Of a stretch of DNA of 64,000 nucleotides, positions 18,312 through 26,983 are shown piece after piece. The stretch covers positions 3,096 through 67,095 of the forward strand of contig DAHXLU010000097.1 in NCBI GenBank assembly GCA_027365835.1, given 5' to 3'. Position 1 is the stretch's first letter, and each line of letters opens with the position of its first letter. The notes beneath the pieces are model-generated. The model ran no database searches. It was not told where the DNA came from and worked only from the letters and a program-made list of their open reading frames with translations. The position numbers were made by a program, and so were the translations under genes. Source of the DNA: Candidatus Dormiibacterota bacterium. GTDB taxonomy: Bacteria; Chloroflexota; Dormibacteria; Aeolococcales; Aeolococcaceae.

Positions 18312-20159
18312 GTGAGACGCCGGGCGCGTCGGTGTCTGCAGGGTTTATTGCTGCTTGGCACTGCCACTCTGCTTTCCAGCTGCTTTTCTACCCCACCCCA
18401 GATCTCTTCCCTGAACCCAGCCAACGGATCCACTCATGTCGGCGGCAACCAGCCGATGATCATCGGTTTCAGTGAGCCGGTAGATACACAGTCTGTGATG
18501 AAGCGACTCACTGTTTCGCCCCCCTTGCCGGGTTGCAAGCTTCCTCTGCTCCAGCCGGCCGGGTCGAGCGCAATCTGCGCAGAGCTCTGGAATGGTTCTG
18601 ATACCGTTCTCACATTTAGCCATCCTGGCGCCATATACCACCCGTCCACAACCTACACCTTCACCCTGGCAGGGGGCATTGTGTCGAAAAATGGTGTTAT
18701 AAATAGCCTGACACACACGTGGACAATCCAGAGCAACTCTGCGCCAGCCCTGCTCTCTTCCTACCCAACGCCTGGCTCTATCGATGTTCCTCCTGACGGT
18801 CCATTCTCCATTAACTTTTCGCGTTACATGAACGCAGCAGCAACCAGCGAGGCCATTACCCTCTCGCCGGATGTTGCCGGAACCAGGGTCATCCCGAATC
18901 GGCTGGACCCTGGCCAGTTCCTGCTGATCCCGGGCAGTCTCCTGCAATCGGGTGCCACCTATGCTATCCACATCTCCACAAACGCCACTGACCAGTTCGC
19001 CCAGGGATTATCGAAGAGTTATGTGATTCCATTTAAGATCGGATCTCTTGTTGGTCCGCATGCCGTAATACTTTCGGGCCCACAGGACGCACCTGCCAAC
19101 CATATTTCCATTACCCAGCTTGCTCCACCCAGTGTGGGAGATCCTACCATCAGCATTCCATTGTTAAGTGTGCCGGCTATACCGGCTCCTGCCATTGGGC
19201 CGCCGTTGCCACAACCACAGAATCCAGCAACCAGTGCAAAACCTGTATCTGAAGCAGGGCTGCAGTCGGCAACCTCCAGTACGACCAGTAAAAAAGCGGA
19301 ACTTGCACGAAGTGTAGTTAACCGTAATCAGGTAACCGGGTATGCCCAGGCCGCGATTTCTCCGGATAACCGGACTCTCGCCGTTGAAGAATATATTGGG
19401 TCAGGCTCCTTGCAGTCAACCCAGATCGCCGTCTTCTCCCTACCCTCCTTAAGCTTGCAACAAATCATAGGTAATGGAGCGTACGACCCTGTGTGGTCCA
19501 GCAATGGACCCGATCTAGCCTATAACGACAATCTTGGCACAGGATTTTTCGATACTCACACCGACACCATAAGCCAGACTCTGGACAGTTATCCTCCACT
19601 TGGACCGGTCAGCTGGTCTACTACTTCAGCCATGGCGCTTGTACCAGTCCTGATGCCGATGGGCCCTGGAGCAGAATTGCTCGCGCCAGGTACTCAGGCC
19701 CAATACCAGGTTCCTGACATTAAGCCTCCGTTCCTGGAGCCACTCCTGCTGCCAAATGGCAATGGACTGGTGGCAACTCGAATCCATATAAGTAGAATGC
19801 AGCTATTTGAGCTTAACTGGACTGGGTCTGCGATTCCCGTATCCATTGGGGATCAACTGGACGGGATTGGCTTTTTTGGCGGGGCTACCCTTTTATGTGT
19901 ATCCGAGTCAGCACATCCACATCTGGAATCCTTCGATTTGAGCACCTCCAGCTCATTTCCTATTGCCGGCCCATCCAGCTTTCGCCAAACTGCTACGGTC
20001 TCGCTTTCACCAGAATGGAACAGCATCATCTTTGTTAAAAAGATAGATGGCATATCACAGATCATGACTGAAAACGCTGATGGATCTGGCCTTCGGATCA
20101 TTTCGCAGTACACTTCTACCAATGATGAAGCCCAGGCAGGATTCTTCGCTACCGGTTAA
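18312..20159 (+). CDS. lipoprotein with N-terminal Ig-like (SbsA_Ig/Big_5-like) domains and a C-terminal PD40/TolB-like beta-propeller
   Basis: A lipobox is present (LLSSCFS). The motif SLNPANGSTHVGGNQPMIIGFSEPVD recurs in variant form. PD40-like motifs are ISPDNRTLAV and LSPEWNSIIFV...ADGSGLRIIS. The GTG start lies 5 nt after the DUF4388 stop. Confidence 0.7.
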   Translation: MRRRARRCLQGLLLLGTATLLSSCFSTPPQISSLNPANGSTHVGGNQPMIIGFSEPVDTQSVMKRLTVSPPLPGCKLPLLQPAGSSAICAELWNGSDTVLTFSHPGAIYHPSTTYTFTLAGGIVSKNGVINSLTHTWTIQSNSAPALLSSYPTPGSIDVPPDGPFSINFSRYMNAAATSEAITLSPDVAGTRVIPNRLDPGQFLLIPGSLLQSGATYAIHISTNATDQFAQGLSKSYVIPFKIGSLVGPHAVILSGPQDAPANHISITQLAPPSVGDPTISIPLLSVPAIPAPAIGPPLPQPQNPATSAKPVSEAGLQSATSSTTSKKAELARSVVNRNQVTGYAQAAISPDNRTLAVEEYIGSGSLQSTQIAVFSLPSLSLQQIIGNGAYDPVWSSNGPDLAYNDNLGTGFFDTHTDTISQTLDSYPPLGPVSWSTTSAMALVPVLMPMGPGAELLAPGTQAQYQVPDIKPPFLEPLLLPNGNGLVATRIHISRMQLFELNWTGSAIPVSIGDQLDGIGFFGGATLLCVSESAHPHLESFDLSTSSSFPIAGPSSFRQTATVSLSPEWNSIIFVKKIDGISQIMTENADGSGLRIISQYTSTNDEAQAGFFATG

Positions 20160-20181
20160 TGATCTCACGGCGCAAAGGAGG

Positions 20182-20520
20182 CTATGACGTGCCTGGCACA
20201 AATCTTAATCGATGTATGGCCGAAAAGCCCAGTCTGGCATTAACCTTGGCTATCAGCAGCTCAGAATCCATCTGCAACTGGTGAGACAGTGCCGTATTTG
20301 CAGTAGCCAGGACCAAAGCTCCACGATCCAGACGTACTACAGAGCACATCCCTGCAACAGGATAGCCAACAGCATCCAGGAAAGCTTCCCTGGCTAGTTC
20401 CTCGGTGACGGCTCGTTGTACACCCATTTTCTTCACCGCATCGCCAAGAGCACTCTGAATCGGCACTATCCCGTTATTGCCTTGCGTATGTCCCCGGGAG
20501 GATGAACGTCGGAAGGTCAC
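20182..20520 (-). CDS. DUF721 (DciA-like) protein downstream of recF
   Basis: The start overlaps the recF stop (GTGA). The sequence pattern ...VRLDRGALVLATANTALSHQLQMDSELLIAKVNARLG... and the position are typical for DUF721. Confidence 0.7.
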   Translation of the reverse strand: MTFRRSSSRGHTQGNNGIVPIQSALGDAVKKMGVQRAVTEELAREAFLDAVGYPVAGMCSVVRLDRGALVLATANTALSHQLQMDSELLIAKVNARLGFSAIHRLRFVPGTS

Positions 20521-21632
20521 GACCTTCCACCGGCAAGCGCAGTCTCAGCATCAAAACTCAAACAGGTTCCAGCAGCTGGAACTGTAGTCGGCCATTCCGT
20601 GCCCGTAATGACGGCCTGGTATCCCAGTGTGATCAATCTCTGGGTAAGCACCTTGCAGGTCCTTGCATCAAGCTCACTGAAAAGATCGTCCAGCAACAGG
20701 ATGGGGTCGCGTCCAATGACAGACTCAAGATAGCGGGCCCGCACTAATGCCATGGCCAGAACAATGGTCCGTTGCTGTCCCTGGCTAGCTCCAATTTTTG
20801 CATTATGGTTCCCCGCCATAATGGCAACCTCATCCCTGTGCGGACCAACGAGTGCCACTCCCCTCGCTATCTCCTCCCGCTTTGCCATAGCCAAGTGGTT
20901 GCGGAGATTGAGATCCCACGAACCTTCACCAGGCTCGGTCACAGGCGGGTTAGCCTGATAGTTCAAAGACAAGCTGAACGGCAGACCAAGGAAGCCTGCT
21001 TCCTCAGCCAGCAATTCTCCGAGCAGCGCAAGGGTCCTCTGCCGTTGCCTTTGAATCAGTGCACCATGAGTTGCGATCTGAAAGTTATAGGAATCGAGAA
21101 CCGCCGGATCACCGCGACCAATCCGCAAGTCTGTCAGACATCGATTCTTTTGCTCCAGTGCCCGTCTGTACTCCAGGAGCGCCGAGCGTACCTGATAATC
21201 GTGCTGGACGAGCAGCATGTCCAGCATCTGGCGTCTGATTGATGGAGATCCTTGCACAATGGCAAGGTCGCCCGGGAAAAAACTTACTGATGGCAGGTGA
21301 CCGAGGTAGGTACTGCCTCCGACCCTGGTTTCGTCCAGATGCAACTGCTTCCGATAGCCTGACGCACTGCCAGGAGTAACCGAGATCTGAAGGGAATGGC
21401 TACCATTTGTACTGCTGATAGAGCCGGTCAGATCAAAGTGTGACTCTCCCCATCGAACCTGGTCTCCGTATGGAGCTCGGGGAGACTTGGTGAGGGACAA
21501 CAGAAGCACCGCCTCCAGCAGATTGGACTTTCCAATGCCATTGCTACCCATGAGAACATTGATGCCAGCCGAAAAATGGGCCGTAGCCCGCGCGTAATTG
21601 CGAAAGTCATGAATAATAATGTCATTCAGCAT
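20517..21632 (-). CDS. recF: DNA replication and repair protein RecF
   Basis: The N-terminus is FRNY...INVLMGSNGIGKSNLLEAV (Walker A). The signature/Walker B region is LLLDDLFSELD. Confidence 0.92.
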   Translation of the reverse strand: MLNDIIIHDFRNYARATAHFSAGINVLMGSNGIGKSNLLEAVLLLSLTKSPRAPYGDQVRWGESHFDLTGSISSTNGSHSLQISVTPGSASGYRKQLHLDETRVGGSTYLGHLPSVSFFPGDLAIVQGSPSIRRQMLDMLLVQHDYQVRSALLEYRRALEQKNRCLTDLRIGRGDPAVLDSYNFQIATHGALIQRQRQRTLALLGELLAEEAGFLGLPFSLSLNYQANPPVTEPGEGSWDLNLRNHLAMAKREEIARGVALVGPHRDEVAIMAGNHNAKIGASQGQQRTIVLAMALVRARYLESVIGRDPILLLDDLFSELDARTCKVLTQRLITLGYQAVITGTEWPTTVPAAGTCLSFDAETALAGGRS

Positions 21633-21650
21633 GACATAAGCCTAGACAAG

Positions 21651-22832
21651 TCATTGCGTGCGATACAGGGCCATCAGGGCTGTAGCTGTGTGTCGGGCAT
21701 CGTACCTTGGGACATTGGCGGTGACGTTGTTTTTGATGTACTGATATTGCCTGCTATTGCTTTTTGCCAGATTCCTGGTTACACGTCCAAGTCTTCTGAT
21801 ACCAGGAACATATAGTCCCAGGCCATGGTCGGTAACATACTGAACATTGCCATGCTCCTGCCCGGGTGCATACCAGGTTATGATCATGGGGGTTTGTGTT
21901 GCCAGTGCTTCTGCAATTGCACCGGGTCCAGCCTTTGTAACAATCAGGTCAGACATATACATCAATTCTGGCATGTTAGTCACAAATCCGTACACACGTA
22001 GCCGGTCATGATAACGTGGTATCAACTTTTCCAGCTTAACTTTTTCGCGCTGGTTATTGCCGCATACCGTTATCACCTGCACACCTGGACAGGCTTCGAG
22101 TATGGAGGCAGTACGCTTGCATAACTGGCCAGATCCATCTCCGCCCCCAAGCACCAGTACAGTAAAAATGGTGTCGTCAAACCCTATTGCCTGGCGCGCA
22201 GACAACCGATCGCAGGCACTGGAAAAAAAAGCCTTATGTATGGGAAGAGCCAGCTCAGTTATCCTGGAAAGGGGAAGTCCACTTCGGATACAGGCCGCCG
22301 TTGCCTCGGGAGATGGGGTAATAGTCGTACGTGCAGCAGGGCAGATCCAGGCGCGGTGAATGTCCTGCCAGTCTGTTATCACCACTGCAAAAGGGTGTCG
22401 GATGGGAAGTGATTTCAGTACGTGCCCAACGACATGATTGGTTAAAGGATGGAATGACACTATTACATGAGGACTGTTGGTGATGATGGCTCTTTTTATA
22501 TTTCCTTGTATTACATAACGTACAACGTGGATAAGAATCCAGAACGAAATTGCCCGATCAAAAAGGTGGTACAGAAAGCCCCATAACCATCTGGCGTAGC
22601 GCAGTATAGGAGAATACAGGCCTACAAATAAGGACGTCGCGGATCCTGCAGACTGAAAAGGATCATAGATCGTACATTGAGATGATGGAAACAGTTCGCT
22701 CATGGCATCTTGCACAGCGCTAGCTGAAGCCAGGTGACCACCACCGGTCGCAGATACCAGTAGCAGGAATCGTACTGGGACTAATTCCTGAAAAGACTGC
22801 CGTTCCAGAGGCTGGCTGGAATCTACAGACAT
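21651..22832 (-). CDS. GT28-family glycosyltransferase (MGDG synthase / UgtP-like diacylglycerol glycosyltransferase)
   Basis: The N-terminal motif is LLLVSATGGGHLASASAV. The C-terminal motifs are VLVLGGGDGSG and SDLIVTKAGPGAIAEALATQTPMII. The gene is visibly AT-richer than its neighbours. Confidence 0.75.
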   Translation of the reverse strand: MSVDSSQPLERQSFQELVPVRFLLLVSATGGGHLASASAVQDAMSELFPSSQCTIYDPFQSAGSATSLFVGLYSPILRYARWLWGFLYHLFDRAISFWILIHVVRYVIQGNIKRAIITNSPHVIVSFHPLTNHVVGHVLKSLPIRHPFAVVITDWQDIHRAWICPAARTTITPSPEATAACIRSGLPLSRITELALPIHKAFFSSACDRLSARQAIGFDDTIFTVLVLGGGDGSGQLCKRTASILEACPGVQVITVCGNNQREKVKLEKLIPRYHDRLRVYGFVTNMPELMYMSDLIVTKAGPGAIAEALATQTPMIITWYAPGQEHGNVQYVTDHGLGLYVPGIRRLGRVTRNLAKSNSRQYQYIKNNVTANVPRYDARHTATALMALYRTQ

Positions 22833-22868
22833 AACGATGGCCGCCCGGCTAAGTCTGCTTGGACCAGT

Positions 22869-24035
22869 CTAGCTGGAAGAAGGTATCTTTACCGGCATAA
22901 TCACATGCAAATAGTCTGTCCCGTCACCTGGCCGTATGACGCAGGGGTTCTTCTTTCCAGAAAATGATATGTCAACAGTATCGCTTGAAATGCAGCCAAG
23001 CGCATCCATAAGGTATCTGGCATTGAAGGAAATATCCAAGGGGTCACCTTCCATTTGTGCCGGCATGGACACTTCATGGTCTCCTACTTCAGCGGTTCCA
23101 GAACGCAAGGTAAGGGTAGAATCTTCCAGTATCAGGGAAACAGGGTGAGCCGTCTCCCGTGCCATGACGGCCGCTGTTTTTACCGCTCCAAGGAAATCTG
23201 TACGACTGATCTTCAGAGTTTGTTCAGCCTGTGAAGGGATTACCTGGCGAAAGTTGGGGTAATTCCCCTCAATAAGGCGGGAGGCAATGTAGATCTCTCC
23301 TGATTCAACAAAAATCTGGTTCCCATTCTCAGCCAGGGACAAGTGCACTATTCCCTGGTCCTTCTGGATTGCTCTTGCTATTTCCGACATATGTCGCGCC
23401 GGCACAATGGCGGACCGGCCACTCAGTGCTCCATCGCCCGTCACCGCAACGCTCGTGACGGCCAGGCGGTGTCGATCGGTCGCCGCAAGGACCAGCTTCC
23501 CTTCCTGTACCTGGACAGCAATGCCAGTCAGCATCGCGGCAGCATCATCGCCACTGGCCGCAACGATCGTCTTGGTAATGGCTTCTCCCAGCTCTTCTGC
23601 ATCGACTTGAACAGGATGAGTGGCTACTGGTACTGCTACCGGCGGAAACTCTGAAGCAGCCATTCCGTGAAATGTAGTCCGGTTTCCAGCCGACAATATG
23701 CGAAGCTGCAGCTTTTCCTCGTTGATCTCCAGGGAACAGGGACCTTCGGGTAGAGAGCTGATGTACTCAGAGAGCAGCTTGCCTGGGACCGAAATGCTCC
23801 CAGGAGCGTTGATTTCTGCTTCCAGTTTGACCCTTATCGTCAGGTCCAGATTGGTTGCGGTTAGCTCAAGATGATCTCCAGAGCCTGCATCTACAAGGAT
23901 ATTACCCAGGATTGGGAGGGTGGACCTTGTTGAGATGGCCCTGGTAAGTATTGAAAGAGCTCCGTTCATGGAGGTACTGGATATGGTGCAGTTTCTGGAG
24001 GTAGTAACTACGGGGGAAGGGGTAAGTGTATTCAC
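22869..24035 (-). CDS. dnaN: DNA polymerase III beta sliding clamp
   Basis: The layout has three domains, with LPILGNILV and ATDRHRLA motifs. The start is GTG. Confidence 0.92.
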   Translation of the reverse strand: MNTLTPSPVVTTSRNCTISSTSMNGALSILTRAISTRSTLPILGNILVDAGSGDHLELTATNLDLTIRVKLEAEINAPGSISVPGKLLSEYISSLPEGPCSLEINEEKLQLRILSAGNRTTFHGMAASEFPPVAVPVATHPVQVDAEELGEAITKTIVAASGDDAAAMLTGIAVQVQEGKLVLAATDRHRLAVTSVAVTGDGALSGRSAIVPARHMSEIARAIQKDQGIVHLSLAENGNQIFVESGEIYIASRLIEGNYPNFRQVIPSQAEQTLKISRTDFLGAVKTAAVMARETAHPVSLILEDSTLTLRSGTAEVGDHEVSMPAQMEGDPLDISFNARYLMDALGCISSDTVDISFSGKKNPCVIRPGDGTDYLHVIMPVKIPSSS

Positions 24036-24084
24036 AGTTTAATTAAAACTCCTACAGTATTTATTTAATTAGCTTCACTAATAG
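24036..24084. other. AT-rich tract, candidate DNA unwinding element
   Basis: The sequence agtttaattaaaactcctacagtatttatttaattagcttcactaatag is by far the most AT-rich stretch in the window. It lies in the dnaA-dnaN spacer. Confidence 0.45.
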
Positions 24085-24218
24085 AGGCACGGATTAAGTG
24101 GAAAACGACGAAAAGCCCTTGTTACAGTTGATATAAAGGGGAGTTGGCCCTGGGGATAAGATAACCGGTTTTGCACGATGTATGAACTGGGGTTGGTATT
24201 GCGCTGGCTATCCCCTGT

Positions 24219-24251
24219 TTGTCCACAGCAATTGCCACAGGTGTTTCCACA
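24219..24251 (+). promoter_or_regulatory. three direct DnaA-box-like 9-mers at 12-bp phasing
   Basis: The boxes are TTGTCCACA (24219), ATTGCCACA (24231) and GTTTCCACA (24243), compared with consensus TTATCCACA. They end 5 nt before the dnaA stop codon (24256-24258). Confidence 0.55.
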
Positions 24252-24255
24252 GGTG

Positions 24256-25809
24256 TCAGTCATGGGCAAGCAACTCTCTCAGGTTGCGCAGGTCTGATTG
24301 CAGGCGCTCATCTTCCTTGACCAGATCAGCTATTTTTTCGCATGAGTGCAAAACGGTTGTATGGTCCCTTCCACCAAATGCTGCACCAATCGCTGGCAGT
24401 GATGATGGGGTATCTTCTCTCATCAGGTACATGGCTACCTGTCGCGGGAAAACGATACGTTTGTCGCGTCGCTTCCCTTTAATCTCGTCTGGTGTAATTC
24501 CATAATACTCACACACGGCACTCTGGATGTCTGTAGCGCTGAGCTGTTTGGCGGTGTCGCCCGGAATGATGTCTTTGAGGATTTCGGCTGCCGTGGCGAT
24601 ATCAACTGTACGACCATCTATGGATGCATGTGCCAGTACGCGGATGAGTGCTCCCTCCAGCTCGCGTATGTTTTTCTGGATCTTGTGTGCAATGAACGTA
24701 CAGACCTCGTCAGGAACAAGAGAAGCATGTAATCCAAGCTTGTTATTTATGATAGCGAGGCGGGTTTCAAAGTCAGGTGGCTGGATATCCGCCATCAGAC
24801 CGCCTTCAAACCTGCTACGCAGTCTGTCCTCAAGCGTAGGTATGTCCTTGGGGGGACGGTCTGAGCTCACTACTATCTGTTTTTGAACCTGGTGAAGAGC
24901 ATTAAATGTATGAAAGAATTCTTCCTGGGTACGGTCCTTGCCAGCCAGAAACTGGATGTCATCAATGAGCAGGACATCTACGGATCGATACCGCATCCGA
25001 AAGTCGTGCATCTTGTTCTGGCCGATGGAATCTACCATTTCATTGACAAATTTCTCTGAGGTAACATAAGCGATAACGGGCTTGCCTCCACCTTTTTCGG
25101 CAACCGCCTGTCCAATTGCATGCATAAGGTGGGTTTTTCCCAGTCCGACACCGCCATACAGGAACAAAGGATTGTAGGCTTTTCCAGGGGCCTCGGCTAC
25201 AGCATTACAGGCGGCATGGGCAAACCGGCTGGAATTTCCAACTACAAAAGAGGAAAAGGTAAAGGACGGATTCAGGCGACTGTCAAATCTGCTTGTACCG
25301 GAAGCAGATGTATTCTGGTCTGGCCATGATCCTGGACTGGCCGTAAGGCTTGGAGGAAGGGGAGTGGTCGCAGCATCTGTCTGCGAGGCAGGCGTAGCGG
25401 TGGCAAATCCTGGTTTTGCCGCAGTCTCAGCGCCATTGGCGGTGCCCGGATTTACCCTGGGATCAATAGCAATCTCAATCTGGCATTCCTTGCCAACAAT
25501 GCCAGATAGTGTTTCGGTTATGACCTGCAGATAGCGCTCAGTTACCCAGTCCCTGGCAAATCTTGTTGGCACTCCAATTTTAAATTTCCCGTCAGCCGCT
25601 TCCAGCAGGGAAGCATTTGCCAGCCAGGTATCATATCCGGGCCGGGCCAGCTGGAAGCGCAACTCTTCCTGGGTAGCACGCCAGATTTCGTCCATGTCTG
25701 TAGGGGACGAGCTTTCCTCTGAAGCGGTGAAAGCTGATGAATCCCTGGTTTCCGGGGTAAGTTCGTCAGGAATCATTTGAAGGCCTTGGCTGGTTGTTTC
25801 ACAGGGCAT
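24256..25809 (-). CDS. dnaA: chromosomal replication initiator DnaA
   Basis: Walker A is [27 protein letters not shown] is present. The C-terminal DNA-binding helix-turn-helix reads [13 protein letters not shown]...[15 protein letters not shown]. The conserved N-terminus ([12 protein letters not shown]) suggests an alternative start at 25695. Confidence 0.93.
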   Translation of the reverse strand: MPCETTSQGLQMIPDELTPETRDSSAFTASEESSSPTDMDEIWRATQEELRFQLARPGYDTWLANASLLEAADGKFKIGVPTRFARDWVTERYLQVITETLSGIVGKECQIEIAIDPRVNPGTANGAETAAKPGFATATPASQTDAATTPLPPSLTASPGSWPDQNTSASGTSRFDSRLNPSFTFSSFVVGNSSRFAHAACNAVAEAPGKAYNPLFLYGGVGLGKTHLMHAIGQAVAEKGGGKPVIAYVTSEKFVNEMVDSIGQNKMHDFRMRYRSVDVLLIDDIQFLAGKDRTQEEFFHTFNALHQVQKQIVVSSDRPPKDIPTLEDRLRSRFEGGLMADIQPPDFETRLAIINNKLGLHASLVPDEVCTFIAHKIQKNIRELEGALIRVLAHASIDGRTVDIATAAEILKDIIPGDTAKQLSATDIQSAVCEYYGITPDEIKGKRRDKRIVFPRQVAMYLMREDTPSSLPAIGAAFGGRDHTTVLHSCEKIADLVKEDERLQSDLRNLRELLAHD

Positions 25810-25893
25810 TTATCTCGATGCGTGTCTTTTTGGGCAAACCAGGCACAGGCTGCATAATGGTCAAAGCGCGCCCCATGGAGCTTGTACACAGGA

Positions 25894-25913
25894 TGTGGAT
25901 AGCCTGTGGATAA
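25894..25913 (-). promoter_or_regulatory. two adjacent DnaA boxes upstream of dnaA
   Basis: The forward strand reads tgtggatag (25894-25902) and tgtggataa (25905-25913). These correspond to CTATCCACA and the perfect TTATCCACA on the minus strand. Confidence 0.6.
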
Positions 25914-26188
25914 ACCGATTCTATGCGGGGCGTCGTAAACGCAGGGAACGGAAGTCCCCGCTGAGAGTCTGCATTCTACAGCACCTGCCCAGGGGGTATG
26001 CAAGAGGGCAATTCCGTAGATGGCAGCAAAGGCCAAAAGCGGGCAGGGACCAGGAGGCCCACATATCGCCAGACCTTCCACGATGCGCCTTTTGGGGATG
26101 CAGCAGCCGTCCAGAACGGGATATACTGGTCATCGAAAATATTGCTCTGGTAGCGCAGCAGCAAATCCCAAACATCTGTTCCCTTCCG

Positions 26189-26362
26189 GTGCCGCGCCGG
26201 AGCCAAGGAGATGATATCAAACGTACTTTTCAGCCCAAAAAAAAGTATCGGGTTAAAACCCATGGATTTCGTATCCGCATGTCTACTCCTGGAGGACGAA
26301 AGGTGCTGAAGGCACGCCGGCAAAAAGGCCGGTATGAACTGACACCTCGTCTGGTGCGGTGA
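26189..26362 (+). CDS. rpmH: 50S ribosomal protein L34
   Basis: The sequence is [38 protein letters not shown]. There is no ATG at the conserved Met position, where the codon is ATC (26216). The nearest in-frame start is GTG at 26189. Confidence 0.85.
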   Translation: MPRRSQGDDIKRTFQPKKKYRVKTHGFRIRMSTPGGRKVLKARRQKGRYELTPRLVR

Positions 26363-26697
26363 AACCTCCATTCCGTCTGACCGGTCATAACAGGTTCGTA
26401 AGGGTTATGCGGCAGGGGAAAGTGATGAGAAGTGATACGGTAGCCCTGAGAATTTTTCCTAATTCTCTTCCCTTTCCCAGAATAGGGTTCAGCATCAAGC
26501 TCCAGGGTGCCGTCCATAGAAACCGGATCAGGCGGCAGCTTACGAGTTTGTGTCGGGAAAGACTGGCAAGTATAAACGGTCTGGACGTCATCGTTTCGGT
26601 TGATACGAGCGAAGGAGTTCCAGCGTTCAATAAACTAGCCAAAGACTTTGGAGCCTGTCTGGGCAGGCTTGGTTCCCCTGTAGATGAAAAAAGCTAG
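26359..26697 (+). CDS. rnpA: ribonuclease P protein component
   Basis: The GTG start overlaps the rpmH stop (GTGA). The protein is basic, with motifs FRLTGHNRF and [12 protein letters not shown], and sits in the canonical position. Confidence 0.85.
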   Translation: MKPPFRLTGHNRFVRVMRQGKVMRSDTVALRIFPNSLPFPRIGFSIKLQGAVHRNRIRRQLTSLCRERLASINGLDVIVSVDTSEGVPAFNKLAKDFGACLGRLGSPVDEKS

Positions 26698-26983
26698 TCT
26701 GATATTTATCCGGGTGTACCAGCTTACGCTCAGTCCCATTTTTTCTGTGTTTTCAGGATGCCGATATGAGCCTACCTGTTCCAGGTATGGCTATGAGGCC
26801 ATTGAACGATACGGGTTTTTTCGAGGCTGGTGGCTCGCAATGAGAAGAGTTGGGCGCTGTACGCCCTGGGGTGGCCATGGATATGACCCTGTTCCAGACG
26901 TATATCCACCTTTTCAGTTCCGGCAGCTCCTGCATCCCCGGCACCGTCGGCATGATCCCAACCATGCGAATCCAGGGTCCTAA
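26684..26983 (+). CDS. yidD: membrane protein insertion efficiency factor YidD
   Basis: The sequence reads YQLTLSPIFSVFSGCRYEPTCSRYGYEAIERYGFFRGWWLAMRRVGRCTPW. Confidence 0.9.
   Translation: MKKASLIFIRVYQLTLSPIFSVFSGCRYEPTCSRYGYEAIERYGFFRGWWLAMRRVGRCTPWGGHGYDPVPDVYPPFQFRQLLHPRHRRHDPNHANPGS

Noticed and set aside
25895-26362. The ORF track lists a 155-codon ORF that would give a long N-terminal extension of L34.
   Set aside because: Only the last roughly 50 codons resemble L34. The upstream part runs across the DnaA boxes and the dnaA promoter region and has no protein-like features.
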